Shown here: in pieces, positions 30,377 through 39,245 of the stretch | How the letters are laid out: every line of letters starts with the position of its first letter | How positions within the stretch are numbered: the first letter of the stretch is position 1 | From: Giardia intestinalis | Taxonomy: Eukaryota | NCBI GenBank assembly: GCA_000002435.2 | Contig: CM018793.1 | Reading direction: 5' to 3' (one strand) | DNA length: 64,000 nucleotides | Notes under the pieces: generated by a model | Seen by the model: the letters and a program-made list of their open reading frames with translations, nothing else | Told to the model about the DNA's origin: nothing | Database searches by the model: none | Program-made: the position numbers and the translations under genes

Positions 30377-32311
30377 CTATTGCTTTTCTCCTTGGACCGG
30401 CTGTGTTGTGCATGCCACGGTTGCTGGGTCATCGGGATTAATCAATGCACGCTTTTCGTCGTTTTCTGTACCTTCTACTAACTTAGGATTGCTAAGTTTT
30501 ACGCGTTTCCTATGTATTACCGTTCTTATTACAAGTCCCAGAACGGCGGAGATGATCGCTAGAAGCAAAATGATTATTACTGATGTCACTATCGGAGATT
30601 GGGATTTAGGAGTAGAGTTTTTAAATATTATTAAAGAGGGAACTGTAGTGACAGGCAGCGAATTGTGAGGGACTCCCCTGTGAGGAAGACCCGGCCAGTC
30701 AGAAAAAGTAAACTTAGGAAGGTCATTGTGAGTCCCCAGGGTGGGGCCAAAAATGGCCCAGAAGCTCATGTCGTTGAAGTTATAGTTGGCAACAACCTTG
30801 GCATCTGTGGCACCGAAGGGGGCAGGGTTTTTCCCGCACTCCTCATATGATCGCAGGTCGTACCGTGATGCAATAGCACTACCCGGATCCTTATTGGATG
30901 CACTGTCGGTCTTATAACTGTTATGACGCATAAGAGTTACCATAGACTTACAATTACCAACTCTGGTCCCTTCTCTCATGAAAATAGAATAGCGGGGGCT
31001 TCCCTCGTACGGATCATCGTCATGGAAGTACCCATACTTCCTGACATAAGGATCTGCAGGGACGTTAATACTGACATACAGACCATCGTGGATGAGCTTG
31101 GAAGTGGCATCAAAGGACTTATAGTATCCTGGAACGACCTCCAAGGAAGTCAGTATAACAGGCGAATGAGTCCTTATATAGCTATCACGCTCTCCGCGTG
31201 TCTTGCACATAGAGTTGATTGTATCCAGGATAGCATAATCGGTGATGAGCCAATTGTCATTATATGTATAAGAGATTTTGTTGGTAAAAACCTCTGGCCA
31301 ATTGGCAGCCGATGAGGCTATTAGGTTTGCTGCCATAGCTCTAGACCATGTCAGAACAGAGGTGTTACTGGCTCGTGATATAGCGGAAAGTGCTGCTGTA
31401 GTATTCATGATGTTGTAGGATGTTTCTATGACTGAAAACTTGATAGGGTGCCCGGTTGTTTTTTCTGTCCCCTTAACGATATAGAAATCGTCAACAGAGG
31501 AAACAAAGCCAGGATACGAGCTGAAGCTAATTTGCTGTGCAGTTGTGTTGAGGGTCTGGAAATTGAAATCATAAATCTTCATCACACGCAAGAAACCAAA
31601 TCCCCAGGATGTCCACGTGGCATGCCCTGTGAAGATTTCATCTAAATCGTCTGCTATTCTCACACACCCGCTGCAATGTGAATAGAGCTGTTCTGCAGCT
31701 CTGTGCTCAATGGATTGGATGACTGTTTCATTGTCACCATAAAGAAGGAGCTCTAGACCTATTTCCCAGTCACCTATTGACGAGAGCATGTAAAACTCGT
31801 CTTCCGATATGTCAATCAGCTTCAGAGACGGATTATCAATACTATAGCGCATGTATCCTGCGTGAAGACCACTTATGTACCTGTCACTCATCAGATACGT
31901 TGCCACCCAGAAGGGCTCGAGTCCGTGGGTGTGATAGTTGTGCACAATGCGGGCTCTGCTTTCGGATGCATACTCTCGGAACTTACTCGGCCAATTGCCG
32001 TCATAGAGCTCAGAAAAGGTGTCGTCCATCACATTCCTCATATGATCTTGAATTTGAGGGGCAAGAAGATAGCCCTCTGCATACCCCATATAGTAGGCAC
32101 GCTCCTCATCGGTATCATGTTCCGCCGTGCTTGCTGCAGAACGAAGTTGATAGTATCCTCCAACTGAATTGACGTCCGTTAGCTCGGAGTTAACTATAGC
32201 ATTGGACGCAAAATTGTGGAGCAAGCTAACACCTCCCTGGTCATCGCGCACAATGGCCAGTCGTCTGGATGCGTGTGCAATGGTAACGAAGGATGTCAGG
32301 ATGAGAAGCAT
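30377..32311 (-). CDS. Phospholipase B-like (PLBD/LAMA family, Ntn-hydrolase) protein with C-terminal TM anchor
   Basis: ATG start with signal peptide MLLILTSFVTIAHA. The internal ...LYSHCSGCVRIADD resembles the autoproteolytic H-C-S-A nucleophile site of PLB-like proteins. Overall length (~640 aa) and Y/W-rich composition fit the family. The C-terminal hydrophobic stretch IVTSVIIILLLAIISAVLGLVI is followed by a basic tail. Confidence 0.6.
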   Translation of the reverse strand: MLLILTSFVTIAHASRRLAIVRDDQGGVSLLHNFASNAIVNSELTDVNSVGGYYQLRSAASTAEHDTDEERAYYMGYAEGYLLAPQIQDHMRNVMDDTFSELYDGNWPSKFREYASESRARIVHNYHTHGLEPFWVATYLMSDRYISGLHAGYMRYSIDNPSLKLIDISEDEFYMLSSIGDWEIGLELLLYGDNETVIQSIEHRAAEQLYSHCSGCVRIADDLDEIFTGHATWTSWGFGFLRVMKIYDFNFQTLNTTAQQISFSSYPGFVSSVDDFYIVKGTEKTTGHPIKFSVIETSYNIMNTTAALSAISRASNTSVLTWSRAMAANLIASSAANWPEVFTNKISYTYNDNWLITDYAILDTINSMCKTRGERDSYIRTHSPVILTSLEVVPGYYKSFDATSKLIHDGLYVSINVPADPYVRKYGYFHDDDPYEGSPRYSIFMREGTRVGNCKSMVTLMRHNSYKTDSASNKDPGSAIASRYDLRSYEECGKNPAPFGATDAKVVANYNFNDMSFWAIFGPTLGTHNDLPKFTFSDWPGLPHRGVPHNSLPVTTVPSLIIFKNSTPKSQSPIVTSVIIILLLAIISAVLGLVIRTVIHRKRVKLSNPKLVEGTENDEKRALINPDDPATVACTTQPVQGEKQ

Positions 32312-32331
32312 TTAAAGTGTTTCACTTTTAA
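32312..32331. promoter_or_regulatory. 20-bp near-palindromic AT-rich bidirectional promoter between the PLB-like gene and the FG-repeat protein gene
   Basis: The two ATGs (complement of cat 32309-32311, and 32332-32334) are separated by ttaaagtgtttcacttttaa. The arms TTAAAGTG and CACTTTTAA form an imperfect inverted repeat. Confidence 0.5.
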
Positions 32332-33336
32332 ATGCCAGTGGCAAAGCCTTTAATAAAGACTATCAAACTTTGGATGTCTGGTGGGTTCAGTTTCGGAGCT
32401 CCCGCTCAAGCATCTTCCCAGCCACAAGGTAAAGCACCTGGATTCTCCTTTGGATCTGGCTTTGGCCCCGCGCAGTCAACGCAGTTAACCCAACAGCCAC
32501 AGCAGTCACAGCCTGCCCCATCATTCACGTTCGGTGCATCATCCACAAGTGCACCAACCTCAGCCAACACTGGAACTACTGGCTTTGGATTCAGCTTCGC
32601 GGCTAAGCCGCAGGTCTCAGGGGCTGGAGGCATCGGCCAGACAACTTCTTCCGTAGCTCCCACAACAACGGCGCCAACTACAGCATCTGCTCCTGCTCCC
32701 TTTTCATTTGGGGCACCTGCTGCTCAGTCTTCACAACCTGCACAGCCCACACAACAACCACCGCCGTCAACAGCACCAGCAACCACTGCACCTTTTGCAT
32801 TTGGCAAGCCGTCCGAGCCTGTCACTGTTAATAAGGCAAAGGAAGATCAGCCGTCAATAGCTAGTGGAACACAACCAGTCATGGATGCCCGGCTCGTTGA
32901 ACTGGAGGGCAAAAAGGTCTCAGGTATTCTTGATAACTTGTATAGTGTTCTTTTAAAAGATTTAGGTACAGCTAACAAGCATTCTGCCGCATTGATAGCT
33001 TGCGAGAAAGACATTGAGCTTCTCGAGGAGACCATGAAACAGTTTTCCTCGAAGCTCACATATATTCAGCAAAAACAGTCTGCTACAGAAGAATCACTGC
33101 GAAAGCTATATGAGCTGCAATGTGATGTCCTTGATATTGTAAAGAAAATGGAAGATTATTCGCAGTACACTGCGCACCCCTTAACCCACGCCATCAATAC
33201 CGTGGAGAGTAATCTTCTGACCCTGGAACAGAAAATCTTGTCATCAAGCGTTATCGATAGAGAAGTACTAGAAGTGTATCAAGGTCTCCAGAGGCAGATT
33301 TCTCTTATAGCTATGCTCGAGGCGGAAGCGCAGTAA
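32332..33336 (+). CDS. FG-repeat protein with C-terminal coiled coil; candidate Nsp1/Nup62-type nucleoporin
   Basis: The N-terminal ~170 aa is S/T/A/P/Q-rich with FSFG, SFGSGFG, FTFG, FGFSFA, FSFG and FAFG motifs. The C-terminal ~150 aa is heptad-rich (LVELEGKKVSGILDNLYSVLLKDL...LEAEAQ). This is the architecture of Nup62/Nsp1-family central-channel nucleoporins. Confidence 0.55.
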   Translation: MPVAKPLIKTIKLWMSGGFSFGAPAQASSQPQGKAPGFSFGSGFGPAQSTQLTQQPQQSQPAPSFTFGASSTSAPTSANTGTTGFGFSFAAKPQVSGAGGIGQTTSSVAPTTTAPTTASAPAPFSFGAPAAQSSQPAQPTQQPPPSTAPATTAPFAFGKPSEPVTVNKAKEDQPSIASGTQPVMDARLVELEGKKVSGILDNLYSVLLKDLGTANKHSAALIACEKDIELLEETMKQFSSKLTYIQQKQSATEESLRKLYELQCDVLDIVKKMEDYSQYTAHPLTHAINTVESNLLTLEQKILSSSVIDREVLEVYQGLQRQISLIAMLEAEAQ

Positions 33337-33344
33337 CTGAGTCA

Positions 33345-36300
33345 CTACTCTCCTACTGTGTGTCCTGGGCGTATGTGCCACTTTTTAAGCATTGAAATAA
33401 AGCGAGAGTTACCAATTTCAGAAGCCATGGATAGAGCTGTTTGTCCGCTACAGTTCCGCATTCCCAGCTCCTTATCTACTAACAGCAGCGCAGTTTCATA
33501 TGCATTATATTGCACACAGTACATGAGAGCGGTCATTCCTCGGTCATCTTTCATTCCACTCTCATGGGGGACAAGAGCTCTGGATAGTGCTGTATCTCCC
33601 AAGGCTATGGCGTGCATAAGGGCCGTTGCCCCCACGGCATCGCGGGCCCCACAGCCTAGAGGAATACATAATTGTGCAAATGGGAGTTTGTTGGCCTTGA
33701 TGGCATATATGAGAGACGAGTCGCAACCAGGACACCAGACGTTTGCCTCAAACGCTAGAATCTCAGCGCACTTGTAGTGTCCTGATTCTATGGCGACGAT
33801 GAGCCCGGTTTTTCCTTCCTTGGAGAGTATTTTGCCCTCGTGTGTAGATAGGTGCCTTACACCACCCACGTTCCCCACCTCCGCAGCAATCATAAGGGCT
33901 GTGATGCCTGTTTCTGTGACCGTCATTCCATATTCTTCAGAGAGAAGTGGGATGGAGGAGTTAAACGAGAGGAATGCGGCATACATCAAGGCAGTCCACC
34001 CTCTAGAGTCCTTATGACGCACTTGGTGTAAATGCTTTTTTACCTCGACTATGCTTTTCTTTTTGATAGAGTTGATTAGACCTAGCTCGCTATCACGGAG
34101 CATCGTGCTATGGGACATATTAAGTTGTGAAAGCTGCCTGACTGCATCGGGATCGTTTGCTGCAAATGGACCGGAAACAATAAGATTTGAAGAGGCTCCT
34201 AAACTGCTTTGATAACCAAAAAGGCCAGACGAGTGGGCTGATTGCCGAAGAACTTGTTGAGACGCCAAAGATGGAGATACTTGCCGAGAATTTCGCAAGA
34301 TCTGAGCGAGTCCTTTGTCATGTGTTGACCGAGCGCTTAGTGGCATTGCGCATACGCGCTCAATGCGAACCAGATCTTCCTTAGAAACGCAGTCTTTAAG
34401 CTTAGCCCAGTGGAGCTCTCCGAGTGCATCCCTAGCCGAGTCGATCAGATCAAGAGCCAGCTGTTTCATTCCCTTGCGCATAACATATTCTAGCGGAAAC
34501 ATGCCGTCTCTGCCTCTAATCATAAGTTCATACGGAGCCAGAAGCATCGCTATCTTAAGCATCCCCATTTCCAGAGCCACGGAGAGTGCAGTGGCCCCGT
34601 TCTTCTCACGCTTACCAGCATGCTCAGGTATAAGCTGAAGAATTTCTCTGGTAGGGTCATTATTCTTGACTGCGGCAATTAGAGGAGAACCTGTGTTTCG
34701 ATACAAAAGCTCTGGATGGCAAGACGTTGGTCTTTTCCGCTGCTTGATTGGTGTGCATTCGTTTGTCTCCTTTGTATCAGGCTGAGTCGTCGACAGTAAC
34801 AGAGTGCTTGCTACACTGGGAACAGCGTATTGATTAAATGTATCAACAGCAGACGCCTGCGAATTTAGAAGGATGCTCTGATTGCGTTGAAAGTCTTCCG
34901 CTAGAATAAGAATATTGACGATATCTCTGTTATTTAAACTTCGGGCTAAATCTATGGGAAGTAGATTTTGTGGACCGTGGATGCGGGATTCAAACCGAGC
35001 TAGAATGCGCACAAAGGATCGACGATTTAACCTTATAGCATGAGTTAGAGCGGTATTGGAAGAGGAATCGATGCAGCCACATTGAGACGGAGTGTACTTT
35101 TCAACACCACTTGGCAGATTATAAATCACGGATAGAATCAAACCTGTCTTCTTATCAGCGCCCACTAATAGCACCCCAGATGTTACTACGGCTTCTACTA
35201 GCTCTGTCATATTCTGGATGAGGGCGAACTCAAAGGCTTGAGTTGAAAGCAATATATTTGAGGTCAATTTCTGATGAAAAGCTTGTAGAGAAGACATGGT
35301 CTCTTCCAACTCCTTCACTAAAACAACAGCCTCATCAGATAGGAAAGCCTGCACTTGGTCGTTTTTATTTGTTACCTGCTTAATTCCCTCCGCAGAGTTG
35401 CATGCAGGGAGACTGTCATTAAGAGAAATATTAGAGACATCTAACGTTCCGCTTAAGCTACTATCCTCTCGAAGATTCTCTGCCTGACGATAGACCGGCT
35501 CAATCTTTTCGCTCCGAGAGAGAATTATGTGAGACTGAGGCCTGGGACGAGACGCTATAGAAGATAGGCTGGCAGAAGCAGTCTTTGCCTGCATATGCTG
35601 GGCTGCCGCGGTACGTAAAGTCTGAGTTCTATCAACACTACATGGAGCCTTTCTCATCATAGAAGTTCCTGACAAAGGTCTTCTGGTCCTTTCTGGAGTG
35701 ACGGCCGTCGGGATTAGCTTGTTAGCTTGAAAATACTCATACTCAAATATTCGTTGAACAGATCTCTGCAAGTCCCTAAATGACCGCAAAGATGTAATCC
35801 GCCGCAAGTAGAGAACTGTCTGCTCGAGCTCTGTGCTATACGTTCCATTAGGTACATATGCCATTGCATATGCCAGGATACTTCCCAGCTGGTTCGCGTC
35901 GTGGCAGGCGGAGACCGGTGCTTCTGGGTACATATCGTATCCTGTAGTGTGTTCCTTCCGAAATCTAAGTTGTCGAGCCATGGAGTGGATGTCACCGAAT
36001 GCGTAATCCGCGATCAAGATGGTGTCCCCAGTCACTGACGCCACAACATTTTCGAGAGAGAGGTGACCATGTATGTAGTGTCCCCCATTAATAGCCTCCA
36101 GAACAACAAGGCCTTCTATGATTCCTTTGCAGATCCTTCGCAGAAAGAGGTCTGGTGGCGCCTTCTGATGTGTCGCGGCCACTCGCAGAATATCTGCCAA
36201 AGAGCGGGAATTGTCGTACTTATACCCCAGCTTAATGGATCTCTGCGGTGACTCAGCATTATCTAGATGTATAACATCGTATGAGATAACTTGGGGCACT

Positions 36301-36458
36301 CTTATGGGAGCAATACTTCGCACCTGCTGGATGAACAGGGACACCATCTGCGGGGGCAAGTCTCGCAAAATAACGCGTCTAAAAATCTGCCGACTCTGTG
36401 TTGCTGCACTAGATGTTGCATAGATGCAGCTAATCCGGTCAGATGCGTACTCTTTCAT
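33345..36458 (-). CDS. NEK-like protein (pseudo)kinase with C-terminal ankyrin repeats (Giardia NEK/'21.1' family)
   Basis: The track start at 36485 is GTG; the first ATG is at ~36458 (MKEYASDR...). The N-terminal kinase-like fold has degenerate catalytic motifs (YIHGHLSLENV in place of HRDLKPxN, LIADYAFGD in place of DFG, MYPEAP in place of APE, no GxGxxG or VAIK). The C-terminal half carries multiple ankyrin repeats (GWTALMYAA..., GITALMIAAEVGN..., GATALMHAIALGD..., GMTALMYCVQYN..., GQTALSMASEIGN...). Confidence 0.8.
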   Translation of the reverse strand: MKEYASDRISCIYATSSAATQSRQIFRRVILRDLPPQMVSLFIQQVRSIAPIRVPQVISYDVIHLDNAESPQRSIKLGYKYDNSRSLADILRVAATHQKAPPDLFLRRICKGIIEGLVVLEAINGGHYIHGHLSLENVVASVTGDTILIADYAFGDIHSMARQLRFRKEHTTGYDMYPEAPVSACHDANQLGSILAYAMAYVPNGTYSTELEQTVLYLRRITSLRSFRDLQRSVQRIFEYEYFQANKLIPTAVTPERTRRPLSGTSMMRKAPCSVDRTQTLRTAAAQHMQAKTASASLSSIASRPRPQSHIILSRSEKIEPVYRQAENLREDSSLSGTLDVSNISLNDSLPACNSAEGIKQVTNKNDQVQAFLSDEAVVLVKELEETMSSLQAFHQKLTSNILLSTQAFEFALIQNMTELVEAVVTSGVLLVGADKKTGLILSVIYNLPSGVEKYTPSQCGCIDSSSNTALTHAIRLNRRSFVRILARFESRIHGPQNLLPIDLARSLNNRDIVNILILAEDFQRNQSILLNSQASAVDTFNQYAVPSVASTLLLSTTQPDTKETNECTPIKQRKRPTSCHPELLYRNTGSPLIAAVKNNDPTREILQLIPEHAGKREKNGATALSVALEMGMLKIAMLLAPYELMIRGRDGMFPLEYVMRKGMKQLALDLIDSARDALGELHWAKLKDCVSKEDLVRIERVCAMPLSARSTHDKGLAQILRNSRQVSPSLASQQVLRQSAHSSGLFGYQSSLGASSNLIVSGPFAANDPDAVRQLSQLNMSHSTMLRDSELGLINSIKKKSIVEVKKHLHQVRHKDSRGWTALMYAAFLSFNSSIPLLSEEYGMTVTETGITALMIAAEVGNVGGVRHLSTHEGKILSKEGKTGLIVAIESGHYKCAEILAFEANVWCPGCDSSLIYAIKANKLPFAQLCIPLGCGARDAVGATALMHAIALGDTALSRALVPHESGMKDDRGMTALMYCVQYNAYETALLLVDKELGMRNCSGQTALSMASEIGNSRFISMLKKWHIRPGHTVGE

Positions 36459-36584
36459 TTGGGAATTTTGGCGACAGATGACCACGTGGGAAATTTAAAC
36501 TGCGAAGATGCGCACGGACTAACAGATGTTCATGCAATTCTCTATACTGAGGTCATTTACATTAGAGTCGGTTAGCCCAAAAAG

Positions 36585-39245
36585 ATGTCTAATAGCAATC
36601 TTGATTCATATTTGCGTTCTGCTCGTCATGCGCCTGTGCTGCATTGTCCTTTTAGCATATATTCGGAGCTGCAGCACTTAAAAGACTCTAGCGATCTTCC
36701 CTCATTCCTTTTACGTCCGCTGAGCTATAGCTTATCCCGCTTTAACTTATTTAGAAGCGCAGGGTCCATCTCATTTTCAGCCGCACTAGCTCCTGCAGCT
36801 CCCCATGAACACTATGCATATCCGTGTCTTGCCTCACTGGTCCAATTTCTAGGCTACAGGCCAGAGGACTGTAATGCATCCGTGGAACTCGAAAAGCCTC
36901 TGCAAAATCATGATGTCTGCACATATATAGCTTCACCTGACGAGCTGGCGTGCGCTCTATCACTCCTCGGCACCCAACACACCCATCCACCTGATCTTGA
37001 GAGCGATACCACGAGCGACAGTGAAGAGCTGTCTGATGATCAACAATCGCCCAACAGGTCTCGCCCCAGAACTCACGTCGAGCTCCATTTGCAACACCTC
37101 CGGAGGTCAATTCCGCGTCCAAAATCAACTAAGCATGCAAATCTTTACTTACTTCGGGCATCATCTAGGCCTACTGTCTGTCCGAATATCATTCTCGTCG
37201 AAGACAGTGGGGGTGCTGGACTTGCTGCACTTTTTCGATCGATATGTCATCGGGTAAGTGACGTTTATAGCAATCTGCCTGTCCACAGTATCTTTTCAAC
37301 CGTTTATTCGACAAGTATTGGAGAAAAGCAGTGCTTAACAATGGCGCATAGAGGCTTGCAGATGCAATGTTGTAACGACGGTGCTACTAGTGACCTTGCT
37401 ACTGAACGTGTGCTCTTCACAGTCCAAGAATCAAAGAGAATCATGCGCTTATTCAATCGCAAAGAGCGCCAGAAAGACGGGACCTGGACAAAGAGACCCC
37501 GCAAACCCTTAGTATCTCCATCAGAGTCTATAACACAGGCTCTTTTGCGTGCCAAGGCTGCTGCTCAAACAAATAGCAAAGATGAAGATAAAGAGACATA
37601 CCAATTCTCCTCTTCTCTCTCCCCCTCTTCTTCTGAGTCCTCCCTTACTGCGCAACACAAACATAAAATTACATCCTATTTTAGCTATTTGTCAGGCTAC
37701 CCCACCCTTGCATGGCCCCCCGTAACAGTCATTGACTTTAGTCCCATTCAATACAACATCTCTACGTTTGATATGTGCAGCGAGATAAGCTTCAGCCTAG
37801 GTACGGTCCATAAGGAAGCAGGGACAAAGGCGGCTAAGCGGCCAATTCTCGTGGGCTATAGCAGACACCGCTTTAGCTACAGACGACAACTTTTTCGTGC
37901 GCAACTTTTTTATCATATGCTATCTAATTCCTCAAGCTACAAATTGGAAAGTGACAAGTATTACTATAATAGTCTAAATGATTGCATGGACCTACACGTA
38001 GAACAGGCAGTAGTTGAGAAGAGAAAAGGCCAGTTTCGTCCATTATCGGTTCAGGAAGTGCTCTGCGGGATAACTGGAGAGAGTAGATCCCTGGATGAAG
38101 TGGTGCAAAAGATCAGCGAGCCTGCTGATATCATCCCTCCCAAAAAAGTACCAGAGACGAAAAGAACCCAGAAGAAAAATGCAAAATCTAGTAGCAAGCA
38201 TTCTATCTTAGATCAAATGGTAAAGGTATCTCAGAAGCCATCAGAGGCAATAGACTGTGAGGTCGGCGAACCACTAAGAAAGCAGCTACCTTCATCCACC
38301 GTCCTAGACGCAGACTCTTTTATTAAGCTATTTAACAAAACATCAGACAGTAACATAAGCTCAATGCAGCACCTCGGAAGGGACGCACCTGTGCCGACCT
38401 TCATTAACGGTCGAGGCCGGGCGCAACATGAATACTCGCTCATTAATGAGTACTCAGCAGATGATCGGGAGGACATCTCTTTTATTAGTGTGCCGTTGTG
38501 TGAGATTGCTCCATTTAATTGTAGCCACTTATTTATGCTCAAAGATGTGGCTTCAGACATAGCCAAGTATAAAGCGCTTGCTTGTGAGGCACTTGTCTTA
38601 GCATGCTATGACACCGCCAGCTGGCAGGCGTCTAAGCATACGCTATCTCTGCGTCCAGACATACGCCAGCTTTCCAACCTTATACACTTTTGGGGAGATG
38701 CAGCGAGTATGCCCCTGGTGGCTAAGCGAAAACAGGGTGCTGCCTGGCCAGATCACACGTATGCAGACGTTATAGAAATATGTTCGTCTCTTTGTGGCGG
38801 GTTCCTCATTCTGTCGGGGTCATCTCACTTGTCACTGCATCAAGCATCTACTGGGCAGGCTAGTTGCACGATTGAAATAAGTCATATCGTGAATAGTGAA
38901 AGGATTCAGTCAGCCGTTCGCTATGTTCTGTTGTCGCAGAAAGGGTCTCGAAAGCGATACAGAGTAGACTTTGTACCGGAGACGTGTCCAGCACTTCCCG
39001 TAACAGAGAAGTACATATCGTATCTGGAACGTGCAGATCATCAAGATACCATACAATACAATATATCACTCAACATGGACCAGAAAGGCATATGGGGTGA
39101 TATTCTGTTGGCTAGTGGCGAGATCATGACCAGAAGAATGGTAGACATGGTACACATGGCGCTCCCGATGGTCGACTACGGGGCACCAAGCAGCGTACTT
39201 CAAGGTTTGAATGTCTTAAAAAAATGGTCTTATTTGTTGCTTTGA
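36585..39245 (+). CDS. Hypothetical protein (886 aa)
   Basis: Long ORF from ATG (MSNSNLDSYLRS...). The start sits at 36585 per the track, or 36586 by my reading of the displayed sequence, an unresolved ±1 discrepancy. No recognisable domain. The 3' end overlaps the next gene by 22 nt. Confidence 0.55.
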   Translation: MSNSNLDSYLRSARHAPVLHCPFSIYSELQHLKDSSDLPSFLLRPLSYSLSRFNLFRSAGSISFSAALAPAAPHEHYAYPCLASLVQFLGYRPEDCNASVELEKPLQNHDVCTYIASPDELACALSLLGTQHTHPPDLESDTTSDSEELSDDQQSPNRSRPRTHVELHLQHLRRSIPRPKSTKHANLYLLRASSRPTVCPNIILVEDSGGAGLAALFRSICHRVSDVYSNLPVHSIFSTVYSTSIGEKQCLTMAHRGLQMQCCNDGATSDLATERVLFTVQESKRIMRLFNRKERQKDGTWTKRPRKPLVSPSESITQALLRAKAAAQTNSKDEDKETYQFSSSLSPSSSESSLTAQHKHKITSYFSYLSGYPTLAWPPVTVIDFSPIQYNISTFDMCSEISFSLGTVHKEAGTKAAKRPILVGYSRHRFSYRRQLFRAQLFYHMLSNSSSYKLESDKYYYNSLNDCMDLHVEQAVVEKRKGQFRPLSVQEVLCGITGESRSLDEVVQKISEPADIIPPKKVPETKRTQKKNAKSSSKHSILDQMVKVSQKPSEAIDCEVGEPLRKQLPSSTVLDADSFIKLFNKTSDSNISSMQHLGRDAPVPTFINGRGRAQHEYSLINEYSADDREDISFISVPLCEIAPFNCSHLFMLKDVASDIAKYKALACEALVLACYDTASWQASKHTLSLRPDIRQLSNLIHFWGDAASMPLVAKRKQGAAWPDHTYADVIEICSSLCGGFLILSGSSHLSLHQASTGQASCTIEISHIVNSERIQSAVRYVLLSQKGSRKRYRVDFVPETCPALPVTEKYISYLERADHQDTIQYNISLNMDQKGIWGDILLASGEIMTRRMVDMVHMALPMVDYGAPSSVLQGLNVLKKWSYLLL

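Noticed and set aside
36531-36590. Apparent 1-nt discrepancy between my reading of the displayed sequence (attcctctat…, ATG at 36586) and the ORF-track coordinates/translation (…HAILYTEV…, start 36585)
   Set aside because: This is most likely my own transcription slip when counting bases, not a biological frameshift. Track coordinates were used, and coordinates derived by hand elsewhere should be taken as ±1-2 nt.
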